Of a DNA stretch of 64,000 nt, positions 29,202-45,744 are shown in pieces. A program made the translations under genes and the position numbers. Under the pieces are notes generated by a model, which worked only from the letters and a program-made list of their open reading frames with translations, had not been told where the DNA came from and made no database searches. How positions within the stretch are numbered: the first letter of the stretch is position 1; every line of letters begins with the position of its first letter. The stretch comes from Eledone cirrhosa (taxonomy: Eukaryota): NCBI GenBank assembly GCA_964016885.1, contig OZ024755.1, forward strand, positions 2,604,001 to 2,668,000, given 5' to 3'.

Positions 29202-29804
29202 ACCTATGTATCTGCGTACGTGTTTATGTGCGTATGTAATTATATAATCATATATAAATATAAGTGTGTCTCAACGTGTGGGTATCTGTGTATAACGGTA
29301 TATATTATACATCATATATGCATGCATACAGACATATATGCGTTCGTTATAACAACAGCAACAACAACATCGATATCAAAAACATACATGTGCATATAAC
29401 ATAAACTTATTACTCTGTCCGCTTCTAAAAGAACATTTCACTGCATCAGTAGCCATGAAAGAAAATTTAGAACTATTTACCATTTCGCTAAAAGCATCAA
29501 AGAATATCAGTCAACGATAGAATGACGAGAGGGAAGGAAAAAATAGGAAAAAAACAACAAGAACAACAGCCAGCAGTAAAAAAAATAAATAAACAACAAT
29601 AAAACTATAGAAAACAATAACAAGACAAACTAACAACAGTAAAACTAGGCAACAACAACACAAGCTAACAACAGTAAAACTAAGGAACAACAACACAAGC
29701 TAACAACACTAAAACTATAGACAACAATAACCACACAAACTAACAACAGTAAGACTACGGACAACAACACAAACAATAAGAACACAAACTAAGGACAGTA
29801 TACT

Positions 29805-29990
29805 GATTTAGGCACAAGGCCAATAATTTGTGGAGAGGGGAAAAGTCGATTAAATCGACCCCAGTGTGTTACTGGTACTTTATTTTATCGACCCTATAAG
29901 GATGAAAGGCAAAGTTAACCTCAAGCCGTAAAGGGCTGTAACTCTATGCTGCAAAGCATGGCGTCCGACCCTCTACCGATACTGCCAATA
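29805..29990 (-). mobile_element. SINE family A
   Basis: High similarity to the 7031 and 9763 copies, with a small deletion over the B-box. Confidence 0.9.
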
Positions 29991-30432
29991 ATGACTAATG
30001 GATATTAATAAAGAAAAAAGTCAAAAAGCTAAAATATAACAACACCGCACGACTCGCCTCCATTTTGTTAGTGTTGTGAGGGAGTGTGTGGGTGTTTATG
30101 TCTGGGTGTATGTGTGTGAGAATGTGGGTACATGAGTATTAGTGTATGTGAGTATGTGGATATTAGTATGTGTGTGTTTGTGTACATGCATGAGTATCCG
30201 TGTTTATGTATGTGTGTGTGTGTGTATGTGTGAGCATGTGGTCATATGTGTGTGTTTGTGTGAGTATTTATTTGTGTGGCTGTATGAATGTATGTTTGTG
30301 TGTGTGTGTGTATGTGTGTCTGTGTGTGTGTATGTGCGCATGCGTTTTTTTGTGTTGGTGTGTGTTTGTGTGTCTATTTGTGTGTTTGTTTGTGTGTATA
30401 TGTTTATATGTCTGTTTGAGTGTGCCTGTATA

Positions 30433-30466
<34 letters not shown>

Positions 30467-30804
30467 AGAGTGTGTGAGTGTTTGCACTAAATGTTTATTT
30501 CTTTGGTAAATTTAATTTTTTGGTGTTGGTTTTTGTGTAGCACAGCATCTTTTAGAGGTAGGTGTGTTTTGTTGTTACTCTTCTTTCATTCTACCCCCCC
30601 CCCCACCCCCACCCCCGCTACACTACCGCCCTCTACAATCTCAATGATCTTCGTAATTACTTTGAGAAAGAACACTAAAGAATGATTTCTAACCGGCATC
30701 ACTAATGTAGTACACACACACACACACACACTCACATACACACACACATACTCACATACACACACACACATACTCACACATAAATGTATCTCTCTCTCTC
30801 TCTG

Positions 30805-30868
<64 letters not shown>

Positions 30869-30920
30869 CACGGACACACACACCCAGATAGACAGGCAGA
30901 CAGGCAAACGCAGACACACA

Positions 30921-30997
<77 letters not shown>

Positions 30998-31671
30998 GTA
31001 TGTATATATATATATATATATATATTTGTTTGTGTGCGTGTACATATACATATGTAAATTTATACATGTGTATATATATATTCATATATATGTGTGTGTG
31101 TGTAGGTGTATGTTGATGTAGGTGTCTATGTGAGTATGTATATTAGTAGAATATGTATTTATACAGGCACACATACCATATAATTTACACACCGATCACA
31201 GAAATACATATATTTAGTAAGAACCAGCTGATTATTCCATCCATTGCTATTCGGAGCTTTACAGCGTCTATATAAATGAATTATGTTGGTCAAGCCTCAG
31301 TGATTGAATTGATACTCACTCGACCGGAACGATCAAGTTGAACCGTACTTCATTTGAATTATTTTCAGAACACCGGAAAGTTTTCCAATTCGGAAACATC
31401 AGATCATTTCGGACACAACCTCTTCCTCCAGCTCTTACACGTGATGGTCGAATCTGAGTGTTCTACACAACATATACATTTGTTTCCAGTTGAGCGCACA
31501 CAAAGAATAGCCTACTCTTGAAATTGTGGTGGAAGTGACTGAGTATTTCGCAGACACATGTAAACCTTAAAGTAATTCTCAGTGAGATATAGCGTGACAT
31601 ATTGTGTCTGATAAGTTTGACACAGCGTGCAGAAATTGGGAACTTATAATTGTGAATTAAACACTCTAAAC

Positions 31672-31821
31672 CAGTCATGGGCAATCTGCAACCCACGAGA
31701 CGCGTGTGTCTCGTTTGGTCTTCTGAATGGCACACCTAATTTCAAAGTTGCTTGTGAGGCCCGCTTTATGATGAGCCACATCTTATGCGGCCCACTGCTT
31801 CAAAAGAGTTGTTCATGCGTC
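31672..31821. mobile_element. hAT (Charlie-like) MITE
   Basis: Ends cagtcatgggcaa / ttgttcatgcgtc, subterminal gcggccc motif, flanks ctctaaac / ccctaaag. Confidence 0.55.
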
Positions 31822-31849
31822 CCCTAAAGCCTAAACAACGCGCCTACAC

Positions 31850-32185
31850 TAGGGGTCTCAGACTGAAGGACACAAAAGTGCCAATACGGCTTATGACCTG
31901 GGAATGGGACACAGAGAGCCAAAAGTAAGATGAGATGGATGAGCAGGTTTTCTGTCAGCTATATTGCAGAGAGGCTGTTATTTGTGTGTGTGTGTGTGTG
32001 TGCCCCCCCCCCCTTCCCCATCAAAATAAAGACGTGTGGGATAAGTGAATTGGTACAAACTTTAAGGGATCAAATTTTATGTTTTAAATTTTCCTTAAAT
32101 AGTCACGAACATTTTTCTGTCGCCGACCCTAGAAGAGTAGTTTATGGCGGTATGCGGGGCGCTGGCCGTGTATTTCAGACTCCTG
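31850..32185. mobile_element. hAT (Charlie-like) MITE
   Basis: Ends taggggtctcaga / tttcagactcctg with 8-bp TSD gcctacac (31842-31849) / gtctacac (32186-32193). Confidence 0.65.
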
Positions 32186-32733
32186 GTCTACACGATGTCT
32201 TTGTAGTGAACACACACACACAAATCCAATATTTTCACAATGTTTATAACCAGTAACTCTCTCTCTCTATGAATCCACCACTCCCTCTCTCTGAAAAAAA
32301 AAATCAACTTCAAAACAGGTTGTAACTTATAGCAAAATAAATTGCTTGACATGGCGTGTGTTACTTGTTGCTATCAAATCAACAAGCGCCACCTACACAG
32401 ACTATATCTTCACAGATTGAAACTCAACCGATCGGAATCAACATCAACAACAACGATCTCCACACTTTACTATAATAGACATATGAACAAATACACCTAA
32501 AAAAGAAAAAGAAAACACGCAAAATCATCTAAACAAAGAAAATGTTCAACAAAGAAAATCTGCAATTTGTGATGAAATACTTTACGAAGCTTTTAGCTCT
32601 ATCAGACATCTTAATTTCTAGTTTAGTGTCTCCAGAGCAATCTCAGGGATTCTAAACTTCTCTACAGCCTTTGGAATTTCACCACTTAATTCTAGCTTCC
32701 ATGAAATTCGCTCTACGTATGTATGTGTGTTTA

Positions 32734-32799
<66 letters not shown>

Positions 32800-33237
32800 T
32801 ACTCTATCGCACACACATACATACGCACTGATACTCAATAAAAACATCAGAACGTAAACGAATTTTCCTCGTTTTTTTATTTCTTGTTATATATATATAT
32901 ATATATATTTCAAAGAAACAACAAACAGTGGTACAGAGTCTTGTTAGTTTCACGCTTTATATGGAAAAGAGGAAAGAAAGTTCGACGTGTCTTCAGGAGT
33001 ACAAATTGCCTGTACAGGTACTCAAATTGTGCATACATTTTTTGGGAATATCCTAGATATATATATATATATGGTATACCTATGGCCATATCCCTATGGT
33101 CGCTTTTCTTGGTGTCAAACTTTATTCACTCTGGAGGAAAATGTCTTAATTTTCGAACCATTGAGTGCTTTGTGACTGCCTCACACAATTCCATTTTTAT
33201 CTGCTATATTGCGGCTACAACTTCGATACATACATAT

Positions 33238-33304
<67 letters not shown>

Positions 33305-33557
33305 AAAGAATAGAGATGTAACACACGAGTTGTAAAAAGAAAAGAAAATGCTGACAAATTGTTCCCAGTGAAAAATAGTTTAATTAGGAATATGTAAAAA
33401 TGAGTAATAAGTATTGGTTAGTATTCAGTTTTAGTTTTAAGTTTTTACCGGTTGCGCATTTCTAATGCTTTTCAAAAGTAATTTAGAGATAGAGCGCCCG
33501 TGATGTTTGCTCTAATCAGATTAGAGCAAACATCACGGGCGTTCTATCTCAAAAGCC

Positions 33558-34510
<953 letters not shown>

Positions 34511-34511
<1 letters not shown>

Positions 34512-35100
34512 GGTGGCTGCCAACTCGTTTTCGAGTACGGCCACTACTTTACATCCATGTAGGATAACCCCTACCGAAGCGCTGAACGAGTGTGACTTTT
34601 TAGTCCAGCCAGCGACTTGAAACCTCTGGTACAAACACTACACCTGTGACAATTATTGACACATAGTGCTAGGCCCATGGTAGGACAATTATTGACACAT
34701 AGTGCTGGGCCCATGTGAGGACAAGTGCAGAGAGATCTCCAGATATAAAGCAATGCCTGTGCCGTGAAGCTTTTATAGTGAGCAAAGGCACTGCACAAAG
34801 CCAGTCCCACTCTCTTAACCAAGATGCTATTTACCAAAAAGAAGAACAAGTCAACATCATTGGATACCATCAGGGTTGCAGGTGTTATATCAGAGTTTTC
34901 CTTCTCCTAGAATTCTGCCTTGACTAAGGCTAAAGGGGTCATCTCTCCCGGTGATTTTGGATGGCCATTGACTCTTAAGAGCTCCTTTGCCCTTTGACAG
35001 GTTTTGTTTTTAGTCCTGCAGGATGTCCAAAGTCACCCTCCTCACCAAGAAACCTTGGTGGGGTTGCCAGTTTAGTCGCCAACGACCCGACCATGAGACA
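34511..35100 (-). mobile_element. Internally deleted (bipartite) non-autonomous RTE-like element inside the (TA)n array
   Basis: Minus strand: 5'-UTR-like block (shared with 8180-8323), then a C-terminal C2H2-like motif [20 protein letters not shown], a short 3' UTR and a TA tail. Internal 36-bp tandem duplication at 34648/34684. Confidence 0.7.
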
Positions 35101-35153
35101 TGTATATATATACATATATATATACATACATATATATATATATACATATATAT

Positions 35154-35194
<41 letters not shown>

Positions 35195-35233
35195 TATATA
35201 CATACATATATATATATATATATACATATATAT

Positions 35234-35313
<80 letters not shown>

Positions 35314-35785
35314 GTGGTTGTATGCTCTCATATATTCATGTGTGTATATGTGTGAATGTTCATTATGTGTATAATAATGATGATGATGATGATGATTATG
35401 ATGGTGATAGTGGTAATAGTGGTGGTGGTAGGGCTGAGGAGGAGGAAGAGGTGTATAAGGATAACTCTAATGATACATAAACAATAGAAACCCACGAACA
35501 CAAAAAATAAAACATAAGACAAAACGAGAAGAAGCCAAAAAAGAGAGAATTTAAAGAAACGTTGACTGCACGTAGTGTATGTCTTTATTGTTGTTGTTGT
35601 TGTTAACGTTGTTGTATTGTTGTTATTGTTAACGTTGTTGTTGTCATTGTTGGTGTTATAGTAACAGTGGTGTTGTGTTATGATATCGATTCTGTTGTTG
35701 TTGTTGTTGTTGTTGTTATTGTTATTGTTGGTGTTGAAAAAAAAAATTATGAAATAATTAGAAAGCATTATTTTATTATTATTAT

Positions 35786-35859
<74 letters not shown>

Positions 35860-35864
35860 TGGTG

Positions 35865-35935
<71 letters not shown>

Positions 35936-35942
35936 GGTGGTG

Positions 35943-35982
<40 letters not shown>

Positions 35983-36295
35983 CAGCAGCAGCAGTTGTAA
36001 TAATTGTAGCAGCAGCAGCAGTAACAGTAACAGCAGCAATATCCCAAGCATTTTCTTGTAATATGTGTGTGCAGGAGGTAGATTCGATTTCTTGCTTGAC
36101 TGACCAACTGAGAGAATATAGTCAATGACTAAAGGAGGAAAAAAAACTAATGACGGAAAATATCTTGATAACGGCCTTGAATTATTAGATTTCGTAGCCA
36201 TTTTATTTCTATCTTCATACGCCATTTTGTCATCTCAACTTTTGCATGATATTTCAATTTATTTATATATACATATGTGTGTGTGTGTTTGTGTG

Positions 36296-36403
<108 letters not shown>

Positions 36404-36584
36404 GTATATATGTATGTATATATATATATATATGTATGTATATATATATATGTGTGTGTGTATATATATATGCATGTGTGTATGTGTGTGGGATAGCAGA
36501 AGTGTATTGTATTCTATTGGGTTTAGTGGGAGATCATAAATTCCTTATCTCCTTTATTGATATTTAAACGATTACTGAAGAAAC

Positions 36585-36746
36585 GAAGAAGAAGAAGAAG
36601 AAGAAGAAGAAGAAGAAGAAGAAGAAGAAGAAGAAGAAGAAGAAGAAGAAGAAGAAGAAGAAGAAGAAGAAGAAGAAGAAGAAGAAGAAGAAGAAGAAGA
36701 AGAAGAAGAAGAAGAAGAAGAAGAAGAAGAAGAAGAAGAAGAAGAA
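36585..36746. repeat. Pure (GAA)n tract, ~54 units
   Basis: Uninterrupted run. Confidence 0.97.
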
Positions 36747-37139
36747 GGGAATTACTAGGGCGTATATGAAGGAGGGGTAAGGGAAAGAAATAAAGGAGAT
36801 AAAGGTCATATATGTAGGCGGAGCAAGTGGGTAAATCTGGAGAAATTTGTGACTGGATCTGTTAGCAAGAGACACATCTTGGTGATGCCTCACCAAGATG
36901 TGTTTTGTATGTCTTTATCTTGATTTTTTTTCATATTTATTTTCCTCTTCGTTATCTTTCTTATCTTCCTTGTTTGTAGTTTTTCGTTATGGAAGCAAAT
37001 GCAATTTTTCGGGGCTTATTTTGCTGTATGGAAGCAAATACAATGCCTAATCAAATGTGTGTGAGAGACAAATGAGAAAAAGATTGTTGGGGGAAAATAA
37101 TAAGGGAGATGCTGAAAGATACATATACATAGACCATGG

Positions 37140-37470
37140 AGACCTCAGAGTGTCACTCGTTGAAGAAACCTACAAAAGACCACGGTCACCCTGACCACAG
37201 GGACAATTTCGCACTCCCATTTGTCCTCCTCCAATCTGCCGCCATATACTCAGGACGGACCCATTCACTCGGACCATGCACGCCACTCTCGCCCACCTCT
37301 CAAGAAACGCGTTGGAAGGCACCACTTACCTCTCCACCATCATTTTCGTCTTCAAGTGAAACCTGAAAAAGTTAATCAGGGCTTCACCGAAGAGGAAAGT
37401 GCTTGTCTTGAAACCTTTCAGACGTGTCTGACACAAGACAGATAAAAACTGTCTGCCCTTCTTGGATAAT
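37140..37470 (-). pseudogene. Tx1/L1-clade LINE ORF2 C-terminal fragment
   Basis: Minus-strand TRLKGFKTSTFLFGEALINFFRFHLKTKMMVER*VVPSNAFLERWARVACMVRVNG is homologous to the fragment at 54008-54390. The clade call rests on the ER......F..RW ending. Confidence 0.65.
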
Positions 37471-37916
37471 AATAAATGCAATGGCTAGTCAAATTCTAAG
37501 CCCTTGGCTAGAGATAGAGTAGAATAAACATCATCATCGTCATCTCCAATTGTAATCAGATCTCAGCCAGTTGAATACACTGGGTCGGTATTCCACTCTT
37601 AAACATTCACTGTATTTTAAACCTCTCTAATTCTTGAGCTTTATCTAGCCACATCATTCTTAGTTTGTCACTTTCTAGCTTCCAACTCATTTTGTTTTTT
37701 ATTATTAATACTGTCAGTTCACCACAAGCAGTACGGGTTGCTGATTGGCAAAGAGAGGGAGCAACTGGGTGTAAGAGAGAGGAGAGAGAAGTAGATTGGT
37801 AGTGATGAGAGTGTGTAAGAGAAGGGGAGAGAGAAGCAGATTGGGAGAGAGAGGGAGAAAGTGAGTGTAAGAGAGGGAGAGAGAGAAGCATATTGGTAGA
37901 GAGAGAGAGAGAGAGC

Positions 37917-37993
<77 letters not shown>

Positions 37994-39153
37994 AAGCGAG
38001 AGAGTGTAAGATAAGGGAAGAGAGAAGCAGATTGGTAGTGAAGTGAAAACAGGAGAAATATAAAGAGAACGTGAAAAAGAAAGCGAGAGAGAGAGGGGGG
38101 AGAATGAACTAAGAGAGGAGAAGGAAAGAAATACCAAGGGAAAGAGGGAGAGAGAGAGAGAGAGAAAGAGAGAAGCAATGAAATAAGAGAGGAGAAGGAA
38201 AGAAATATAGAGGGAAAGAGAGAAAGAAACTGATAAAAATATTTAAGTAAAGAAGAAACAATAAAGAAAAAATAAGCCCCAGAAAAAAATCTGTATTATT
38301 TATACCTTAGGGTGGTGGTCTATATTTTATGTTTTGTCTTTTTATCGTTAACACTGTTTCTTTTTTGTTATTGTTGATTCTAAGAATTCCGAAGGATGTA
38401 TGCTAACGTTTCAAAACCCCCAAAACAGAGCCTGGATCGTAGAGATCAATAAAGGAGGCACGCTAGCTCGCTCAGACCTTCTTAAGAACAAGCAATCACC
38501 GTATACACATATATACATACATACATACATACATATGAATATATATACACGTGTAACGACCCATCCCCTTTTCTACTCATAACGTGGTCCCTCGTCTCCA
38601 GAGCAGCAGTCATCAGCCCCCCCTCCCCCCTCCCCCCCCCCCCCAACACACACATACACGTACAGACACTGATACCACACGCGCACTTATACCTCTCACA
38701 CACGCTTATACCTCTCACACACACTTATACCCCACACACACTTATACCTCTCACACACACTTATACCTCTCACACACACTTATACCACACACACACCAGA
38801 CCTCTCACTCACTCACACCTCACACACTTACAAATATATCTACTTAAGTGCATAAACCCATAAATTCTTCTTCACTTCACAAATATATGTATATGTATAC
38901 ACAAATACATATACAAGCCCTTCATCTTTCTATTCGATACATAATTCTCCCCCAGCCTCTTCAACACAGCCGACCATTGCTGATGTTGTTGTTGTTGTTG
39001 TTGTTGTTTGTGTTTATGTTGTTGCTGATGTTGTTTTGTTACATTTTGCTGTTGCTGTTGTTGTTAGTGATCTCAAAGATGGATAGACAAAAAAAAATGC
39101 TCGTTTAATTTCCTCCACCAAATTTATGTGTATAATGTATTTATTTATATATA

Positions 39154-39199
<46 letters not shown>

Positions 39200-39201
<2 letters not shown>

Positions 39202-39283
39202 CATTCTGATGAACGATTTTAGACGTCTGTGTCGAGCTATCTTCGTGGTAAATGAAATAATTGTCTTATGTTTTTTTATTACA

Positions 39284-39288
<5 letters not shown>
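39200..39288 (+). mobile_element. (TA)n-flanked insert with deleted hammerhead motif
   Basis: CTGATGA-acg-attttaga-cgt-ctgt-GTC at 39206-39233: stem II intact, GAAAC missing. Confidence 0.35.
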
Positions 39289-39322
<34 letters not shown>

Positions 39323-40167
39323 TCATTTAAATGATTGGTCAATTAATTTAAAGTGTTGTGTTTACGCTACAATTCTACCGAGATTCTATATTCTTGCTTT
39401 TCTCTCAATGCTGCTATTAAGCGTAGTGTTGTTGTAGATGAAAACAGCACCAACAATGTAGGGTTATTTGAAGGCAAACCCTTTTAGAGGGTATTTTCAA
39501 GGGTTATCGCGATGCAACGCCTGGGGCGGCAAAAACAAACATGGAAGATAGTAATAGGTATTAGCGTTAATGTTGGCTAACAGTGAAGTCATTTTTGACA
39601 CAGTTTTACATTTATATTGTTGAATATTGTGTGGGATAATACTTGTCAGAAAAATTCATTTTTTAAACGAGTAAAAAAACGTGCCAGCTATGTTTAGTGC
39701 CCTAAGACAAAGGGTTTACACCATTATACTCTGTGTCTTGTTATTTTGGAAGGAATTGCGTTGATGGTGGTATTTTGATTTGAAGCAGTTCAATATAATC
39801 ACCTTATTCTAATACTGAGGCACGATAATAAACACTGCCTCGTCTAAGTAAAACCCCAATGGCAATGTACTAATGTAGGGCCAAGGCAGGATTCTCATCC
39901 TGTATGCATTGGTTAAAGAGGAATATATATTTTATATGTATTTATTCAAAAGCAACAAAAAAATCGGACAATTTAATGTTGCAGAAACGCTATAGGTATT
40001 TCGATGACCATATTACATCATCTATACTAGCTAAGTAATTATCCTTATTCTACATATATGTCGTCATAGACTACAGCTTTATATTTGGAAAATAGAATTG
40101 CATCATTGTTCATTGATCGGTGTGTTGCATATGTAACCCTGATTACTCAACATATTTACCGTAAGTC

Positions 40168-40199
<32 letters not shown>

Positions 40200-40545
40200 T
40201 ATATATAACCACATATATACACATATATACACATATATATAACCTCATATATACACATATATATACACATATATACATATTTATACATATATACATATTT
40301 ATACATATTTATACATATAAATACATATATTATATATATATATACATATATACATATTTATACATATATATACATATATTATATACATAAATATATAATC
40401 AAATATATATATATAGATATATATATATATATATACACACATTTATACATATATAAAATCAAATATATAGATGGAAAAATTAGTTTTTAAATCATGTTTA
40501 ATTCTCTACACATGTTTCAATAATTCTCTACATACAGTTGAGCTT

Positions 40546-40724
<179 letters not shown>

Positions 40725-40798
40725 ACCTTTGTTATATAATTATGTATATATTTACCTTTGCTATATAATTATATATATATGTGTTATCTATGTATAAA

Positions 40799-40965
<167 letters not shown>

Positions 40966-41211
40966 TACATGATAGCTTACTGTAGCTTTTCGTTACCACA
41001 TTTAAAAGAAAGACACCATCTGATTTTCATATTTTGGAAATAATCAAAAATTGAAAGGATTTTATATATACTAAATATTTTCTTTATTTCTTTCTTTGTT
41101 TCTTTCTTCTACCTTTCATCGTTCTTACTTTCTCTCTTCCTCTCTCTCTCTCTCTCTCTTTACACTCAAACACACACACATAGACATATACACATACATT
41201 CACATACAAAC

Positions 41212-41301
<90 letters not shown>

Positions 41302-41302
41302 T

Positions 41303-41349
<47 letters not shown>

Positions 41350-41529
41350 TTGCATATATATATACATATACATACGCACATCTGTACATGTATACAGGCA
41401 TATGTTTAGGAAATGCATAAGAGAATCGAATATATTCAACCCTTTTCATATAGACACATATACATGCATATAACGTATGTACACACACACACAACACACA
41501 CACAAACACACAAACGGACACACACACAC

Positions 41530-41568
<39 letters not shown>

Positions 41569-42474
41569 CACACACACAAACACACAAACACACACACCTA
41601 TACATACGCACATATACATGCTGTTCCTTTATTCAAAAGAATTGGTCCCTAATGTTGCTTCAGCTTCCAAAACATGGAGTGTATACATGAGTCATAGGTC
41701 TCTATGCTTCTTGTACAAAATAGGGCTGGGGGGGGGAGATGGCAGCGCATTTCTTTGGTGTTTTGTAGTTTTCCTGGTAATGTCGATGGCGGTGGTAGTG
41801 GTGGAGACATTGGCGTTATTCTTGTTGTTAGGGTTAGAAGTGCTGGTTCTAGTGTCAGTGCCAGTAGCAGAGGCGAAGTGGAGGCTTACCATTTTCTCAT
41901 CATCGTTATATTGGTGTTGGAGTTGGTGTTGATGTTGGTGTTGATGTTAGTGTTAGTGTTGATGACGGTGGTGGCAACTGTGGTAGCGGGGGTGGGCTGA
42001 TGATTTGGGGGATTTGGGTAGAGGTAAAGGTGGTAGTTATGGTGGTGGTGGTCGTGGTGGTGGTGGTTGTTGGTGGTTTATAGTGGTGGTGGTGAAGGTG
42101 TTAGAGTTGGTGGTAGTGCTGGGGTTTTTTAGTAGTGGTCGTGGCGATGGTAATACATGTGGTTTATAAAAGAAAGGGGCGTTACGGTTATTATACATAA
42201 TTTTGGCGGTTGCAGTGGCTGCAATATTACTGCAACTGTTGCTTTTGTTGATTCTTTAGCCCAAGATAAGCCCTCCCTCAGTTGTCCCATGGTCGAAAGC
42301 CTATAAGCTGCTATTTCTAGAATATAAAGCCCTCCCGTAGAGACAGCTGATATGAAATATTCTTAAACAACTGCAAAAATTTGATCAAGCAATCCTACGT
42401 TCAAAAGATTCCAGTTTGTTTTATCCTGGGTTTATCCTGGGGTTTATCCTGGAGTTAATTCTGGGGGTTTCCTT

Positions 42475-42569
<95 letters not shown>

Positions 42570-42599
42570 CAACTCACACCTATGCAAGTTTAGCTGGCC

Positions 42600-42809
42600 T
42601 CCTCCAAGGTATATCTCGTTGGAGGTGTCTTGGGGTAATCTAATGATAGGGACCCCAGTCCTATCATCTCATTTCTACAGCTGAATAAACTGGAGCAACG
42701 TGGAATAAAGTGTTTTGCTCAAGGAAACAACACATCACTCGGTCCGAGAATTAAACTCACAACTTTCGATTGCAAGCCCAATGCTCTAACCACTAAGCCA
42801 TGCGCCTTC
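42600..42809 (-). mobile_element. SINE family B (tRNA head + CORE-like domain)
   Basis: Minus strand ggcgcatggcttagtggttagagc...ttgtttccttgagcaaaacactttattccacgttgctccag. Confidence 0.85.
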
Positions 42810-43658
42810 GCGTATATATATGGAGCCCAGGAACACAGTTAACGTATTTTAAGATGTTAGATTGTGTTTTGAGCAAGATTTAGTTGCTATTTCTAGCAGA
42901 CTGACTCTACAGTGGGTTTCCCTATGGTTTGCTGTAGTCGAGAAAACGGTAGGGATAGCTTTAGTGTTACTAGCACAATTACTCAACCCACCTTTGGTAA
43001 GATATCATCAATCTCTTCACTCAGACCACTCACAACCAGAAATAGACTACCATCACCATCACCATCACCATCGCCATCACCATCGCCATCGCCATCACCA
43101 TCACCATCACCAAATTCATATTTCCATCTACACCACCGCCGCCACCATTCCTCAGATTACACACTCTTCCACAACCATTAACATCACCACCATCACTACC
43201 GCCTCCATCAATTCCACCACTCTTTAAAATCCTAGCGCCGCGCCACCACCGCCACTAAAATAGCTCACCTTGATGCCACAACACCACCACCACCACACCA
43301 CCAACAATAACAACAACTACAACATCGCCCCCCCCCCCACCAAAAAAAAAATTCCCTCCCCCACTATGAATGCCACCACCATCACCATCACCACTGCCGC
43401 CATAACCACACTGAAACCACTACCACTACCACCACCACCACCACCACCATTACTACCCCACACCACCACCACCACCACTACCATTACTACCCCACACCAC
43501 CACCACCACCACCACCACAGTCTATTCATCTCCAAACAGTGAACCAATCCAATTGGTTCATTGCACCTTCTGCACTGTTAACTCAATTTCTATTACTTTA
43601 CAACATAATCTAATTTTACATGTACAATAGGTGGGGGTAGTAATATTATTATTATTAA

Positions 43659-44195
<537 letters not shown>

Positions 44196-44661
44196 CACTA
44201 GCAACAGTAGCAGTAAGCTATTTGCAAATATATGGTTATGGTGGTAGCAATGTGAAATAAAGTGATTTTACTGAAGAACACAAGGCAACATTCTCAGTGT
44301 GGATAGAAAGAGGTTCCTTGCTCTCTGATGAATCTCCAACTACAACTGAAACTAGCTACACCAACTGCAATATCTTCATGTCCATGTACAGATCTAAGAT
44401 ATGTGTGAGCATTTGTTTACTTTTTGCTGCGGAGCTTATAATTTAAGATATTTAAATTATCTTATATACGCAGTGTTGTGCAACAAATGTTTAATTCATT
44501 AATTAACCATTTGAATAATTAAGAATGTTGCCAACGAATGCATCATTATGCAAATAACAGTGGCCATTACGGCTGAAATCTAGATTATCTTTCTTATAAA
44601 TATATGTAATCAGTCAATCTCTCAATGTAGAGAGTGTTCGATATATGGTGTAGTATGCATA

Positions 44662-44730
<69 letters not shown>

Positions 44731-44732
<2 letters not shown>

Positions 44733-44925
44733 ACGAAGGAGTTGTGGTAAGGAACCAGGTGGACCATAACGCACCAGAGTACTCAATACTTAGGGTAATA
44801 GAGTGGGTAATAGGAAAAAGTATGACCCCGACGGCAGAGCTCAAGCCGTTTCGACTGCTATTTCAGTCCAGAAATAGCAGTCGAAACGGCTTGAGCTCTG
44901 CCGTCGGGGTCATACTTTTTCCTAT
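44731..44925. mobile_element. Asymmetric hairpin element copy 1, in (TA)n
   Basis: 79-nt unpaired extension, then perfect 55-bp inverted arms 44810-44864 / 44871-44925 with loop agtcca. Confidence 0.9.
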
Positions 44926-45110
44926 ATATATATATATATATATATAAATGTACGTGTGTGTGTGTGTGTGTGTATGATGATGATGATGATGGGGAGGGGA
45001 GGGGGAGGGGGAGGGGGGACGTCTCATCCAGTTCCCATGTGCTCATAAAAGAGGACCACATTATCCAAGTATCCAATTCTAAAACGGTAGAGTTTGTTTG
45101 GAAGGTGCAG

Positions 45111-45490
45111 GCAGGTGACCCCGTGGTAAGGGTGTTGGACTTACGATCTTAATGTCGTGTGTTCGATTCCTGGGCTGAGCTGTGTGTTGTGTTCTTGATG
45201 AGCAAAACATTTCATTTATCACATTACTCCAGTATACTCAGCTATAATTGAGTACCAGCAATAGCTGGAGGGGGGTTAACCCTCTGATGGACTGGCGTCT
45301 TGCCCAGGTTGTGTGGAAGGATCTTGTGCTCTCAGTCTTCATGCCACAGAAGCCGGGATAAACAGCAGCTCGAGACATACTTTAACCCTGAGATGGACTG
45401 GCGTCCTGTCCAGGGGGATGTCATGTACTCTCAGTTGCCTAATGGCATGAAAATCGGGATAAGCTTAATGAACTTCCAGGCTCTTTTAGA
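45111..45490 (+). mobile_element. SINE family B variant with tandemly duplicated 3' body
   Basis: tRNA head (gttcgattcc) and CORE-like segment, then aaccct..gatggactggcgtc...cgggataa twice at ~106-bp spacing (45276, 45382). Confidence 0.8.
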
Positions 45491-45744
45491 CTTGTTTCAA
45501 CATAAATTTTACTGCTATTTTTAGCAGTTTGAACGTCTATATAGATATTCCCTTCTTGACTGGTTGTGGGTGAGTGGTTGTGTTTGAGGGTGATCACGAG
45601 TAGAGGTACTGCAGCGGACTACTAATTTAATGAGTGCAGGTGCATCTGTCAGTCTCTGTGTAACATTAAGCGAATCTTGCTCCTTCGCCGCCATTTCTAT
45701 CCACTACATCGTCAGTTCCACCTGATGCTGCTCTGTGTATATAA

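Noticed and set aside
45111-45180. tRNA gene candidates (also 28155, 52969, 9763)
   Set aside because: A/B-box heads continue into SINE bodies and do not give a clean cloverleaf, so they are SINE heads.
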